Shown here in pieces: positions 16,349-25,234 of a stretch of DNA of 64,000 nt. A program made the translations under genes and the position numbers. Numbering within the stretch: the first letter of the stretch is position 1; the number at the start of each line of letters is the position of its first letter. The notes under the pieces were generated by a model, which was not told the DNA's origin, did not search any database, and was given only the letters and a program-made list of their open reading frames with translations. Location of the stretch: assembly GCA_041641295.1 (NCBI GenBank), contig JBEPYO010000001.1, positions 128,001 to 192,000 on the forward strand, in the 5' to 3' direction. The DNA is from Nitrososphaerota archaeon. GTDB lineage: Archaea; Thermoproteota; Nitrososphaeria_A; Caldarchaeales; Calditenuaceae.

Positions 16349-19106
16349 AATCGTTGTATATCGTTCTGACATCTTTTCCCTCAACCTCGAAGACCACCAC
16401 CTCGTCATCGATGTACTGAATCTTCGCGGCGCCAAGCCTTTCCGCTACACCCTTGGGCGAGAGACCCTGTCTGGAGAGATGACGGTTAACTCCAGCGGCT
16501 ATCAACATGCCAGTCTTCGACCTCCCGCTGATAAGCCCTGCGGCAGGTGAGTTATGCTTGATGGCCTCCCTAGCCATAGAGGCGAAGTATACAACATTTG
16601 TAACTGGTCTGAAGTCGAATATTATCCGCGTGTTCTTAACCACCTCCTCTTTTTGGTAGCTTTTAGAGTAGCTCCATATCCTCGCTGCTAGGTCGGCTAC
16701 TACGCGCTCAACCTTCTCGAGCTTTTGGGTGGAGGCAGGGGCTGCATGCTCAAATTCCCTCAGTACTGTTTCTTGGTAGTTTTCGATGAGCCTGCTGTAT
16801 CCGAGTTTTAGCTGTCTAAGCTCTTCCTCAACCTTCTCCAATCTACTCTCAAGCTCTCTCATCGACTCGCTCACGTATCGGTGGGCTGCGGGGCCCGCTG
16901 CGTAGACCAGCCGGACCACACCATCCTGTATCCTCTCAACCTTCAGGATCTTTACGAAACCCACCTCAGCAGTGTTAGCGCAGTGAGTACCGCCACACGC
17001 CTCAGCATCCCACCCCTCTATCTCTACGACGCGTATCTCTCCGAGGGGGGCTTCACCACCCTGGTAGAGGGTGAATCCGTATCTCTCCTCCGCCACGCTT
17101 CTGGGAAGCCAAGATATCTTGACTGGCAGCCTCTTTGAGACGACTTCATTTGCAAGTCTCTCAATCTTTAGTACATCGTCTCTCGACAGTGGCGCGTGGT
17201 GGCTGATGTCGAGGCGGGCTGACTCGGCCTCCTTCTTCGCACCCATCTGCCAGGCATGCTTCCCCAAGACCCTTCTCGCAGCGCCGATGAGGATGTGAGT
17301 AGCTGTGTGGTGTCTCATGATGCTTAGGCGGCGCTCATAGTCTATCTCCCCCCATACCACCTCCCCAACTGGGGGCTGGTCGCCCTCGATGTAGTGGACG
17401 ATCACACCGTCCACGATCTGTGTGTCGATAACTCTTGCCTCAAGTCCACGCCATCTTAATACTCCCGTATCGCCCACCTGGCCCCCGCCCTCTGGATAGA
17501 ATAGTGTACGGTCGAGGACGACAATTTTGGGGGTGGATGCCAAGACAGTTGCGGTGAATTTGGCGGCGTACGGGTCGGCGTAGTATAGCTTCTCGGTTTT
17601 AGGAAGGTCTTTTGTGAGCTGGGCAGCCTCAATTAGCCGCTCATCTTCCTTCTCTCGTTGGGGAGATTCTATGTGTCTACTGATCATCCGCTCCTCGACC
17701 TCCTCCATGGGGGGAGCCTTGATCCCCAACCTCTTGGCGGCAGATACTACCAAGTCAGGCGTCAGACCCCTCTCCTCGTAGATTTTTGCGATGTATTCGG
17801 CATCTATCTCACGCCTGCTCTTGCTGATGACTGCCAGCTCCTTTTCCAGCTGCGCCAATCCGCGCAGGATAGACTCATTAAACTTTTTGACCTCATAGGT
17901 GATGAGCTCGAGTATTTCGTCCCTCATCTCTAAGAGCCTTGGAAAGTCTCTGCCCCAATAGTCGATCTGGAGGGCTGCAAGCTCTGGAAGTATGTCTTTC
18001 TTTCCGAGCAGTTCAAGGATTCTCTGGGACTTCCTCAACAATAGACGGGCGAGGTATCCCACCTTCGAGTTAGAGGGCACTACCCCGTCCGCAAGAATAA
18101 ATACAATCGACTTGGTGTGGTCCAGTATCTTGTAAATCTGTTCAAGCCTCTCTAAGACCGGTTGAAGCCGCTCCAGATCTACACCTGCTAGTGTGGCCGC
18201 CTTACGCCTGGCCTCTGCGAGGCTTAGACTTGATGTAGGCTGAATCCAGGCCGAGTACCTGGCATATCTTATGAAGGGCTCATCCTCGAGGGTGGGTATT
18301 TCGATCAGTTCTGATACTTTGTCGAGTATACCCGAGTAGATTACCTGGAAGGCTGATGGTGTTCCCTGCGAGAGCCAGCTAAACCGCTCTATCCCATAGC
18401 CAGTGTCCACAGTCCTTACAGGGAGCTCCTCCAGCACACCGTTTATAGTCCTATAATTCATGAAGACTAGGGTGGCTACCTCCAAGCCGCTGTGAATTAC
18501 CTCGTAGCAGGGGCCTGCGTTCCCGCCCCCAGACCATATACCCTCCTTGAATACGGTATCCTCCTCCCTCAGCCCTAGACCCTCCATAAACTCTACACAG
18601 AGCTCAACGGTCCTATCCTTCCAGTACACCTCCTTTTCGGGGAAGTTGAAAGCATGGGCCCCGCCCATCTCGAAGATTGTCAGATGCCGACCCAGCGTTG
18701 GCCCCACCTTATCTATGTCAACCATCCTAATGCAGGGCTGGCTGATTACGAGAGGGTTTGCGGGAGGCTCCGTAGATCCGGAAGTCACGTGGGGTTGGAA
18801 GTCCACTATGCTTGCCGAGACGAGGTAGAGGTCCTTCCTCCACCTAGGGACAACAGGGTAGGGCGCTATGACCCTATGCCCTTTACTCTCAAAAAATCCT
18901 AGGAAAGCCCTCCTCATCTCTGGAACGTTGTAGGGCTTATCGACTGGTGGCGATCCTATAAAAGTGTAGGGCTCACAGGGCGCCTCCCCACACGTCTCCC
19001 TGTCAACAAGAGCCCAAAAATATTTGCCACAAGTTTTGCACCGCCGCCTCCTATACCCACGACTAGCGAAATACTCGATCGCGTAGTGTTCTTCGCCGAA
19101 CTCCAA
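16308..19106 (-). CDS. alaS: Alanine--tRNA ligase
   Basis: Archaeal N-terminal Cys motif (CKTC..CGEAPC), ASIVDFQP, QPCIR, RHLTIFEM, DTGYGIER, editing HHTATH and EACGGTHC. Confidence 0.97.
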   Translation of the reverse strand: MEFGEEHYAIEYFASRGYRRRRCKTCGKYFWALVDRETCGEAPCEPYTFIGSPPVDKPYNVPEMRRAFLGFFESKGHRVIAPYPVVPRWRKDLYLVSASIVDFQPHVTSGSTEPPANPLVISQPCIRMVDIDKVGPTLGRHLTIFEMGGAHAFNFPEKEVYWKDRTVELCVEFMEGLGLREEDTVFKEGIWSGGGNAGPCYEVIHSGLEVATLVFMNYRTINGVLEELPVRTVDTGYGIERFSWLSQGTPSAFQVIYSGILDKVSELIEIPTLEDEPFIRYARYSAWIQPTSSLSLAEARRKAATLAGVDLERLQPVLERLEQIYKILDHTKSIVFILADGVVPSNSKVGYLARLLLRKSQRILELLGKKDILPELAALQIDYWGRDFPRLLEMRDEILELITYEVKKFNESILRGLAQLEKELAVISKSRREIDAEYIAKIYEERGLTPDLVVSAAKRLGIKAPPMEEVEERMISRHIESPQREKEDERLIEAAQLTKDLPKTEKLYYADPYAAKFTATVLASTPKIVVLDRTLFYPEGGGQVGDTGVLRWRGLEARVIDTQIVDGVIVHYIEGDQPPVGEVVWGEIDYERRLSIMRHHTATHILIGAARRVLGKHAWQMGAKKEAESARLDISHHAPLSRDDVLKIERLANEVVSKRLPVKISWLPRSVAEERYGFTLYQGGEAPLGEIRVVEIEGWDAEACGGTHCANTAEVGFVKILKVERIQDGVVRLVYAAGPAAHRYVSESMRELESRLEKVEEELRQLKLGYSRLIENYQETVLREFEHAAPASTQKLEKVERVVADLAARIWSYSKSYQKEEVVKNTRIIFDFRPVTNVVYFASMAREAIKHNSPAAGLISGRSKTGMLIAAGVNRHLSRQGLSPKGVAERLGAAKIQYIDDEVVVFEVEGKDVRTIYNDFKRLIENLQSSEG

Positions 19107-19160
19107 CCCTTTCCCGAGAAATTATTCCCTAAGCCTGCCCTATATAGTCATCAGCAACTG

Positions 19161-19475
19161 TTAGCCAAACAGCGCGCTGAGCCCTGCAAGCGCCTCCTCT
19201 TCCTTCTTCTCCTCGGCCTCCTCCTTCTTAGCCTCTGCAGCCGGCTTCTGCTTAGGTGCCTCGGCCGCGGGCTGGGAGGGGGCTGCTACTGGGGCGGCGT
19301 AGCTGGCAGACTTGATAGCCTCATCAATATTGACGCCCTGTAGTGCTGCGACTAGAGATTTCACCCTGACCTCGTCGACAGTACCTCCAGCAGCCTTTAT
19401 GACATTTGCTATGTTCTCCTCGTTAACCTCCTTTCCAAGCCTGTGAAGCAGGAGTGCCGCGTAGATGTACTCCAT
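19161..19475 (-). CDS. rpl12: Ribosomal stalk protein P1 (aL12)
   Basis: [11 protein letters not shown]...[13 protein letters not shown]. Confidence 0.97.
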   Translation of the reverse strand: MEYIYAALLLHRLGKEVNEENIANVIKAAGGTVDEVRVKSLVAALQGVNIDEAIKSASYAAPVAAPSQPAAEAPKQKPAAEAKKEEAEEKKEEEALAGLSALFG

Positions 19476-19582
19476 GAATCTCTCGGAGAGAGAAGTCGGG
19501 TCCAAATATTAAACTTGTCTTCTCAGACCGGCGGCCGATAACCCCTAAGCCCCTCAAGGGTTAAATCAGGGGTGGACATAGG

Positions 19583-19915
19583 GTGGTGGAGATGGAGAGG
19601 GTGGAGGACGTCCTAAAAGTTGTTGAAGAGTTCGAGGAGGGGCTAAGATCAGTCGAGGAGAAGGTGGCAAGGGCGAGGACAGAGCTAGTCAGAGAGGTTG
19701 ATGCGTACCTGGAGGAGGCGCGGGCACTTTTCTCAAAAATCGTCGAAGAGGAGAAGAAGAATATGCTAGAGGATGCGGCTAAAGCCGCGCAGGAAGAGGG
19801 GGCCAGAATCCGGGAAGAATACAGGAAGCGGGCAGAAAAAGTGATGAGCCAACTCAACTCCAAGAAGGAGGAGCTGGTCAGGTTCGTTCTTCAGACCCTT
19901 TTGCCAACTGGGTGA
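19583..19915 (+). CDS. Probable A/V-type ATP synthase peripheral stalk subunit H/G
   Basis: 110-aa E/K/A-rich coiled coil directly upstream of subunit C. Confidence 0.6.
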   Translation: MVEMERVEDVLKVVEEFEEGLRSVEEKVARARTELVREVDAYLEEARALFSKIVEEEKKNMLEDAAKAAQEEGARIREEYRKRAEKVMSQLNSKKEELVRFVLQTLLPTG

Positions 19916-19924
19916 GCCTCCAGC

Positions 19925-20962
19925 TTGCAGCCCTACCTACTCGCAAAGACCTACGCATGGCGAGGAATGCTACTTCCAAGATCCTTTATTCAGGAATTGG
20001 CCGCCTCACGGAGCCTCTCAGAGTTTATCGACGCCATAAAAGCAACGCCATATTCCCAGGAGGCACAGCAGATTACACCCCCATACAGCGCGTTAAAGGT
20101 TGAGCACGCCCTCAGAAGACGGCTAATAAAGATTCACCACACGCTGATGACTCTCAATAGGAAGAATTACGTCCTTAGCGCCCTCTATACCCGTCATACT
20201 GCTAGAAACTTCAAAACAATAATACGCGCGCTCCAAGCAGGGATCAAGGGTGAGGAGCTCAGGAGACTAATAGACACTTACGCTGAGGAGTTGATAGGGG
20301 CTAGGGACGTAATTGCGAGGGTGTTGGGGGCAGAGAGTGTTGAGGATGCCTTGAAAATAATCAGGAACTACATGGGCGACGAGGCCTTCGTCCCCATATT
20401 CGAGAAGGTGTTGGACCCAGTGGCAATCGAGGTTGAGATAGATAGGTGGCAGGTGAATAGAGTGAGGCAGGCCCTGAAAAAGACTCCAAGGAGTTGGAGG
20501 AGCAGCCTATCTTATTTAGTAACTCCGATATATCTCAGATTCATATTCACCTCGATTCTGCGGGGGAAGGTGTGGGGGCTGGGGCCTAAGGAGATCGGCG
20601 GAATGATTGAGGGCGTCTTAGATGAACGCCTCAGGCCTGTTGTGTCGGTTGTGATTGAGTCCAATATTGTTGAGGAGGTAAAAAAAGCATTTTCGGTCAT
20701 GCCTAAGGGTTCCGTACCCTCCATTGGTGAATCCGACACGCTAACAGGTATAATCCAATTACTCGAGAGGGGTTACAGGGGCATGCTCCTCACACGGGCA
20801 CACAAATGTTTTCTCAAACCATTTGACGAGCCCTCACTCGCCCTAGCCACCGTGCTTCTCGTCGAGGAGGAAGTGGCCCAGCTGGTTGCTCTTGCCGCTG
20901 GGATAGAACAGGGCATCGCCCCTGCGGCACTCTTAGACAGCTTGGCATCAATAACAACTTAG
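19925..20962 (+). CDS. atpC: A/V-type ATP synthase subunit C
   Basis: YLLAKTYAWRGMLL, IKATPY, NFKTIIRA, C-terminal LAAGIEQG; 345 aa. Confidence 0.75.
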   Translation: MQPYLLAKTYAWRGMLLPRSFIQELAASRSLSEFIDAIKATPYSQEAQQITPPYSALKVEHALRRRLIKIHHTLMTLNRKNYVLSALYTRHTARNFKTIIRALQAGIKGEELRRLIDTYAEELIGARDVIARVLGAESVEDALKIIRNYMGDEAFVPIFEKVLDPVAIEVEIDRWQVNRVRQALKKTPRSWRSSLSYLVTPIYLRFIFTSILRGKVWGLGPKEIGGMIEGVLDERLRPVVSVVIESNIVEEVKKAFSVMPKGSVPSIGESDTLTGIIQLLERGYRGMLLTRAHKCFLKPFDEPSLALATVLLVEEEVAQLVALAAGIEQGIAPAALLDSLASITT

Positions 20963-20970
20963 CTTCACAG

Positions 20971-21249
20971 TCAATAGGTGATCTTAAAGTCCCGATACTC
21001 GCCCTTATACTCCTCACGAATCACCTCTACTCTCTCCACGCGGGCTAGTGGAGGCCCCCTCTTTAACCATTCAATCATCTCAGCAACCTTTTCTTCCGGG
21101 CCCTCAATCACGGCCTCAACTCTGCCATCGCTGAGGTTTCTAACCCAGCCGCGAAGACCCAGCGAGTCTGCAACCCGCTTAGCATTCTGCCTGAAAAATA
21201 CGCCCTGAACAAGTCCAGAGACGAAAACATGAACCCTGACATTCGCCAT
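20971..21249 (-). CDS. acyP: Acylphosphatase
   Basis: VSGLVQGVFFR, GWVRNLSDGRVE, GPPLARV. Confidence 0.95.
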   Translation of the reverse strand: MANVRVHVFVSGLVQGVFFRQNAKRVADSLGLRGWVRNLSDGRVEAVIEGPEEKVAEMIEWLKRGPPLARVERVEVIREEYKGEYRDFKITY

Positions 21250-21285
21250 GCCGATCTCGTCTCCGCGGGTATGACTATATAATGG

Positions 21286-22014
21286 TTGAATCTATATTAC
21301 GATAGCGTGGGTGTTTCAGGGGGCGGCGGTGAAGGGCTTTACACAGAGGTTATCTATGACGAGGATAGGTGGGCTATTCTTTGGGAGAAGAGGGCTATAG
21401 CGCAAAGGATCATGGAGGCTCTCCTGAGGGTTGGTATCGACTCGATAGTTTATGGCAGCGTGGCTCGGGGCGACGTTCACAGGTTGAGTGATGTTGAGGT
21501 CTACATACCTCGGCCGGTCAACCCGGTCCTCGCCGAGACCATTATTGAGCGGGAGTTTGGGGGGTGGGTTAGGCGCGAGGTCGTCCAAGCAACCCCCAGC
21601 TACGTGCCTAAAGGCTACATTTACATAGACGAGCTGTCGATAGTCTCGTTTCCGCTGGTGGAGACGTTGAAGACAGAGGCGGTTTTCTACGATATAGCGG
21701 GGAGGCTAGACCTCGAAGGTGTCAGGAGGAGGGATAGGGTTGCAGGAATGAACAAGGCGCTAAAAGTAATAATCCCCACAAGCTATGGCCACTCAGAATT
21801 CCCCGCTGAAAAGGACCCAGAACTCGCAGCAAATCTGATAGGTGTAGACCCACTCGACCTCAGAAAGAGGATTAGCGTATTGATGAGGAGGAGGGAGCAT
21901 GGTAAGACAGGCGTCTATAGTAAAATCGTGTTAGGGGAGGGCGAGAGCTTCTCGAGCGTCCTTAACCAGCTCTTAGACAGGAACCCACGCATTAGGAGGC
22001 GGATACGTGGTTGA
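21286..22014 (+). CDS. Archaeal predicted nucleotidyltransferase (pol-beta superfamily, COG2413-like)
   Basis: YGSVARGDVHRLSDVEV; QATP..VPKGY; RREHGKTGVY. True start likely further downstream (e.g. GTG near 21308). Confidence 0.8.
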   Translation: MNLYYDSVGVSGGGGEGLYTEVIYDEDRWAILWEKRAIAQRIMEALLRVGIDSIVYGSVARGDVHRLSDVEVYIPRPVNPVLAETIIEREFGGWVRREVVQATPSYVPKGYIYIDELSIVSFPLVETLKTEAVFYDIAGRLDLEGVRRRDRVAGMNKALKVIIPTSYGHSEFPAEKDPELAANLIGVDPLDLRKRISVLMRRREHGKTGVYSKIVLGEGESFSSVLNQLLDRNPRIRRRIRG

Positions 22015-23072
22015 AGCTCCTCGCAGTGGACAAGCTTAGAGGCTGGGCCAGGCTCGCCATCACAAACAATATGGATCTCGTGAACCTACATCGCCTCATA
22101 AGACCCGGCGACGTGGTCTACCAAGAGACGAGCAGAGAGGTTAAGAAGGAGAGGGCGTCGGGAGAGGTTGATAGCGAACGCGTAAGCCTAAAGATCGGCA
22201 TAGCCGTCGAGAAGAAGTCAGTAGACCCTCTAATGAAAAGGATAAGGTTTCAGGGGAAAATAGTCTTCACAGACAGGGACCTAGATATCCTGAAGAAATA
22301 TCATACAATTCAGGTCAGTAGAGGAGACGTTATTGAAATTGAAAGCCGTGAGAGGCTCCCCTATCTTCTAAGGCTTGGGGAGGAGGGGGAGGAGAGGGTT
22401 AGGGAGATGGTTGTTATCTCAGGCGATGACGAGGAGCTGGCATTGGTGAAAATAGATGTAGACGGTATTAAAGTGTTGAAGACTTGGAAGGTCGACGGAG
22501 GGTCGAAGCGTATCGGCTACAACGTGGAGGAGCAGCGCGAGAAAGTGTTTGATGAACTGGTACAGCAGCTCAAGGAGCTAACCTCGAAATCCAAGCCGAA
22601 GCTAGTGCTCATGGGAACTACCGTTCACGCCGACATAATCGCGAATGAGATAAAGAGCCGAGATGTCAGGCTCTCCAACCTAATTTCAAGGAGGATTCAG
22701 GTAAACGTCGGGGGCGTTGACGGAATCCGAGAAGCCCTCAGACGAGGAGTCCTAGGGGAGGAGCTTAAGCCTCTGGCCGACGCTATTCAAGTTGAGAAGG
22801 CTATGAGTGCAATCCTAAAGCACCCTGAACACATACACATGGGTTTAGAAGAAGTTGCGAGGGCTTGTAGGGCTTCACGCGGAGCCCTTGTCCTCGCGAC
22901 CGAGGACTTTATCTGGGAGAACATGGATAACACTCTCCTGGATGAGATTTTATCAAGGGCGGAAAGGGGAATAATCAAGTTTAGGGCCATACTCTCGGAC
23001 ACTGAAGCATCGGATAAGATAAATTCTCTGGGCGGCATAATATGTCTTGAAAAGAAAATATTGGAAGGGTGA
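22011..23072 (+). CDS. pelA: Pelota/Dom34 mRNA surveillance protein (divergent)
   Basis: DL..L..LIRPGDVV...TSREVK, RIRFQGKI, YHTI, GIREALRRG, C-terminal INSLGGIIC; 353 aa. Confidence 0.85.
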   Translation: MKLLAVDKLRGWARLAITNNMDLVNLHRLIRPGDVVYQETSREVKKERASGEVDSERVSLKIGIAVEKKSVDPLMKRIRFQGKIVFTDRDLDILKKYHTIQVSRGDVIEIESRERLPYLLRLGEEGEERVREMVVISGDDEELALVKIDVDGIKVLKTWKVDGGSKRIGYNVEEQREKVFDELVQQLKELTSKSKPKLVLMGTTVHADIIANEIKSRDVRLSNLISRRIQVNVGGVDGIREALRRGVLGEELKPLADAIQVEKAMSAILKHPEHIHMGLEEVARACRASRGALVLATEDFIWENMDNTLLDEILSRAERGIIKFRAILSDTEASDKINSLGGIICLEKKILEG

Positions 23073-23085
23073 CTGGGGTGTTGAA

Positions 23086-24252
23086 TTAGTGTTGTTTCAG
23101 CTTATCCATTGTGAGCACTTTTACACCTGGCTTGAATGATAAATTATCTCCAAGCCTAGCGCCGATTAGGTAGACCTCTCCACCGCTCGAGGATGCTATG
23201 TCGATAAGCCTCTGTGTGACGACTCCGTCGAATAGGACGTACTTGTAGTCTCTCGATTCTGAAAGCTGCTGGGCCAGCTCGCTCACAGGTTTGCGCCACA
23301 GCTCGTTGAACCCACTATCAAAGGCTACTGACATCAATGTCCCCTCAATCTCTCCTATATACTTTGTCAGCTTGTCTGTGAACTCTGGGGGGATAGGCTC
23401 AGCCGCCTGCACTGGCTCTGCCTTGATCTTCCTTAGCGCTTCTCCTAGAGGCTGGGCGTCCCTCAACGCGTCTTCAACCTCCTTTGCGTTGAGTTCTTCA
23501 ACCTCTTTCCCGTAGGGTGCTCGAGCCACAAGGTCTATCTTTATTGACTGTGCTAGTTCTCTGAGCACCATGTCCCCTCCGCGGTCTCCGTCGAGGAAGG
23601 CAATGACTTTCTTCTTCTTTGCTAGTAGGTCTTGTAGGGTTGGAGGTATCTTAACACCTCCAACAGCTATTACGTTTCTGTAGCCATAGCGCATGAGGTT
23701 GATTATGTCGGCCCGGCCCTCAACTACTATAACTTCTTCAGAGCTGAGCGCTTCTGGGCCCGCCTCAATCTTTTCCGGCCCAATTTCAACGACCTTCGCC
23801 TTAAGCACCGACTCCTCCAGCTCCTTCAATATCTCGTCATCCTCCGGAATCTTCTTCCTCTCCCACTCGTAGAGAATAGCCCTCGCCCTCTCAACTATCC
23901 TTCTCCTCTTCTCTGCTCGGAGGTCCTCGATCTTCTCGATAGTTACCTTGGCGGGGTATGGTCCAACCCTGTCCAGAGACTCTATCATCGCGGCTATGAG
24001 AGCTGTGTAGAACCTGTCTAGACCACTGGGTATGGTTATCTTACCAATAGTCTTGCCGCCCTGCACCTGTAGAGAGACATCGATACGCCCTATCCGGCCA
24101 GCCCTCTGCAACTCTCTCAGATCCAGTTCTGAGCTGAATATCCCTTCAGTCTGCCCGAAGGTTGCGCCGATAACGTCGTTTCTATCTACTATTCCGTCAA
24201 CCTCAATCTTAACCTCAATCACATATTTAGTGGCAACAGTTGGAGTAGCCAT
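23086..24252 (-). CDS. dnaG: Archaeal DnaG (exosome-associated TOPRIM protein)
   Basis: GATFGQTEG, LRELQRAGRIGRI, VEGRADI, DGDRGGD, FDGVVTQRL. Confidence 0.96.
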   Translation of the reverse strand: MATPTVATKYVIEVKIEVDGIVDRNDVIGATFGQTEGIFSSELDLRELQRAGRIGRIDVSLQVQGGKTIGKITIPSGLDRFYTALIAAMIESLDRVGPYPAKVTIEKIEDLRAEKRRRIVERARAILYEWERKKIPEDDEILKELEESVLKAKVVEIGPEKIEAGPEALSSEEVIVVEGRADIINLMRYGYRNVIAVGGVKIPPTLQDLLAKKKKVIAFLDGDRGGDMVLRELAQSIKIDLVARAPYGKEVEELNAKEVEDALRDAQPLGEALRKIKAEPVQAAEPIPPEFTDKLTKYIGEIEGTLMSVAFDSGFNELWRKPVSELAQQLSESRDYKYVLFDGVVTQRLIDIASSSGGEVYLIGARLGDNLSFKPGVKVLTMDKLKQH

Positions 24253-24364
24253 GTTTATACACCCGTCTTTCTCTCTCCATCTATGTTTGGGTGGTTGGTA
24301 TTTAAATGATACCGGGTCAGCGGGGTCATCATTATCTACTCGAGGGCATGAGAGAAAATGGTGT

Positions 24365-25234
24365 ATGGCCCCTCAGATTGAGGAGACGAGTGCAGATTGG
24401 GTTGCTTCAGTCATCCCGCCGAGGAGGTCAGGCTCGCGTAAAGGAGAGAATGGAGTAGTCATAGTAGTGGGTGGGAGCCGGCTGTACCATGGTGCACCAT
24501 TCTTGACAGCTATGGCCGCGATGAGGTCTGGTGTTGACTTGGTCTATCTCTTTGTGCCGGAGAAGATTTCTGCGCCTATAAGAGCCTTATCGCCGAGCCT
24601 GATTGTAAATCCGCTCACAGACGTCAAACTGACCGCGAGGGTCAGCGAGCAGATAGTTAAAAACTCTCCCCAAGCCCATGCCGCGGCGATAGGGCCGGGC
24701 CTCTCTGTGGCTAAGGAGTCTGCCCTTACGAAACTTCTGAGCGGGCTCTTGGAGAAAGGCGTTAAGCTCGTGCTGGATGCCTCAGCCCTGCAGCCCTACA
24801 TCCTCAACATTATAGGCGGACGCGAGGTTGTCCTCACCCCACACGCGGGAGAGTTCGCTAGGCTCTTCGGGACCCAGCCGGGAAACTCGCTAGAGGAGAG
24901 GTGCAGGGCCTCAAAGGAGGCTGCTAAGAAGCATGGCGTAGTTATACTGTTGAAGGGGATGGTCGATGTCATTACGGATGGCGAGAGGTTGATGGTGAAT
25001 AGGACTGGAACCTGCGCAATGACTGTCGGGGGGACGGGGGACGTCTTGACTGGGCTGGTGGCTGGGCTAGTTGCCAAGGGGGTTCCTGGCTTTGAGGCTG
25101 CCTCAGCTGCAGCATATATCAATGGGGTATGCGGTGAAATGGCTGCGTCGGAGCTTGGGCTTCACATTCTACCCACAGACCTGATAGACAAGATTCCAAA
25201 GGTGATGAAGAATTTCGACAAAATCATCAGCTAG
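24365..25234 (+). CDS. nnrD: ADP-dependent NAD(P)H-hydrate dehydratase
   Basis: [46 protein letters not shown]; ATG 24365 chosen over the track start. Confidence 0.92.
   Translation: MAPQIEETSADWVASVIPPRRSGSRKGENGVVIVVGGSRLYHGAPFLTAMAAMRSGVDLVYLFVPEKISAPIRALSPSLIVNPLTDVKLTARVSEQIVKNSPQAHAAAIGPGLSVAKESALTKLLSGLLEKGVKLVLDASALQPYILNIIGGREVVLTPHAGEFARLFGTQPGNSLEERCRASKEAAKKHGVVILLKGMVDVITDGERLMVNRTGTCAMTVGGTGDVLTGLVAGLVAKGVPGFEAASAAAYINGVCGEMAASELGLHILPTDLIDKIPKVMKNFDKIIS

Noticed and set aside
19913-19927. ATP synthase H and C in frame across a single TGA (fusion or selenocysteine)
   Set aside because: GGTGA is a normal archaeal SD sequence in front of TTG 19925; both subunits have normal sizes.
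24032-24364. Long N-terminal extension of the NAD(P)HX dehydratase (possible epimerase fusion)
   Set aside because: It is antisense to dnaG, crosses the divergent promoter and has no epimerase motifs.
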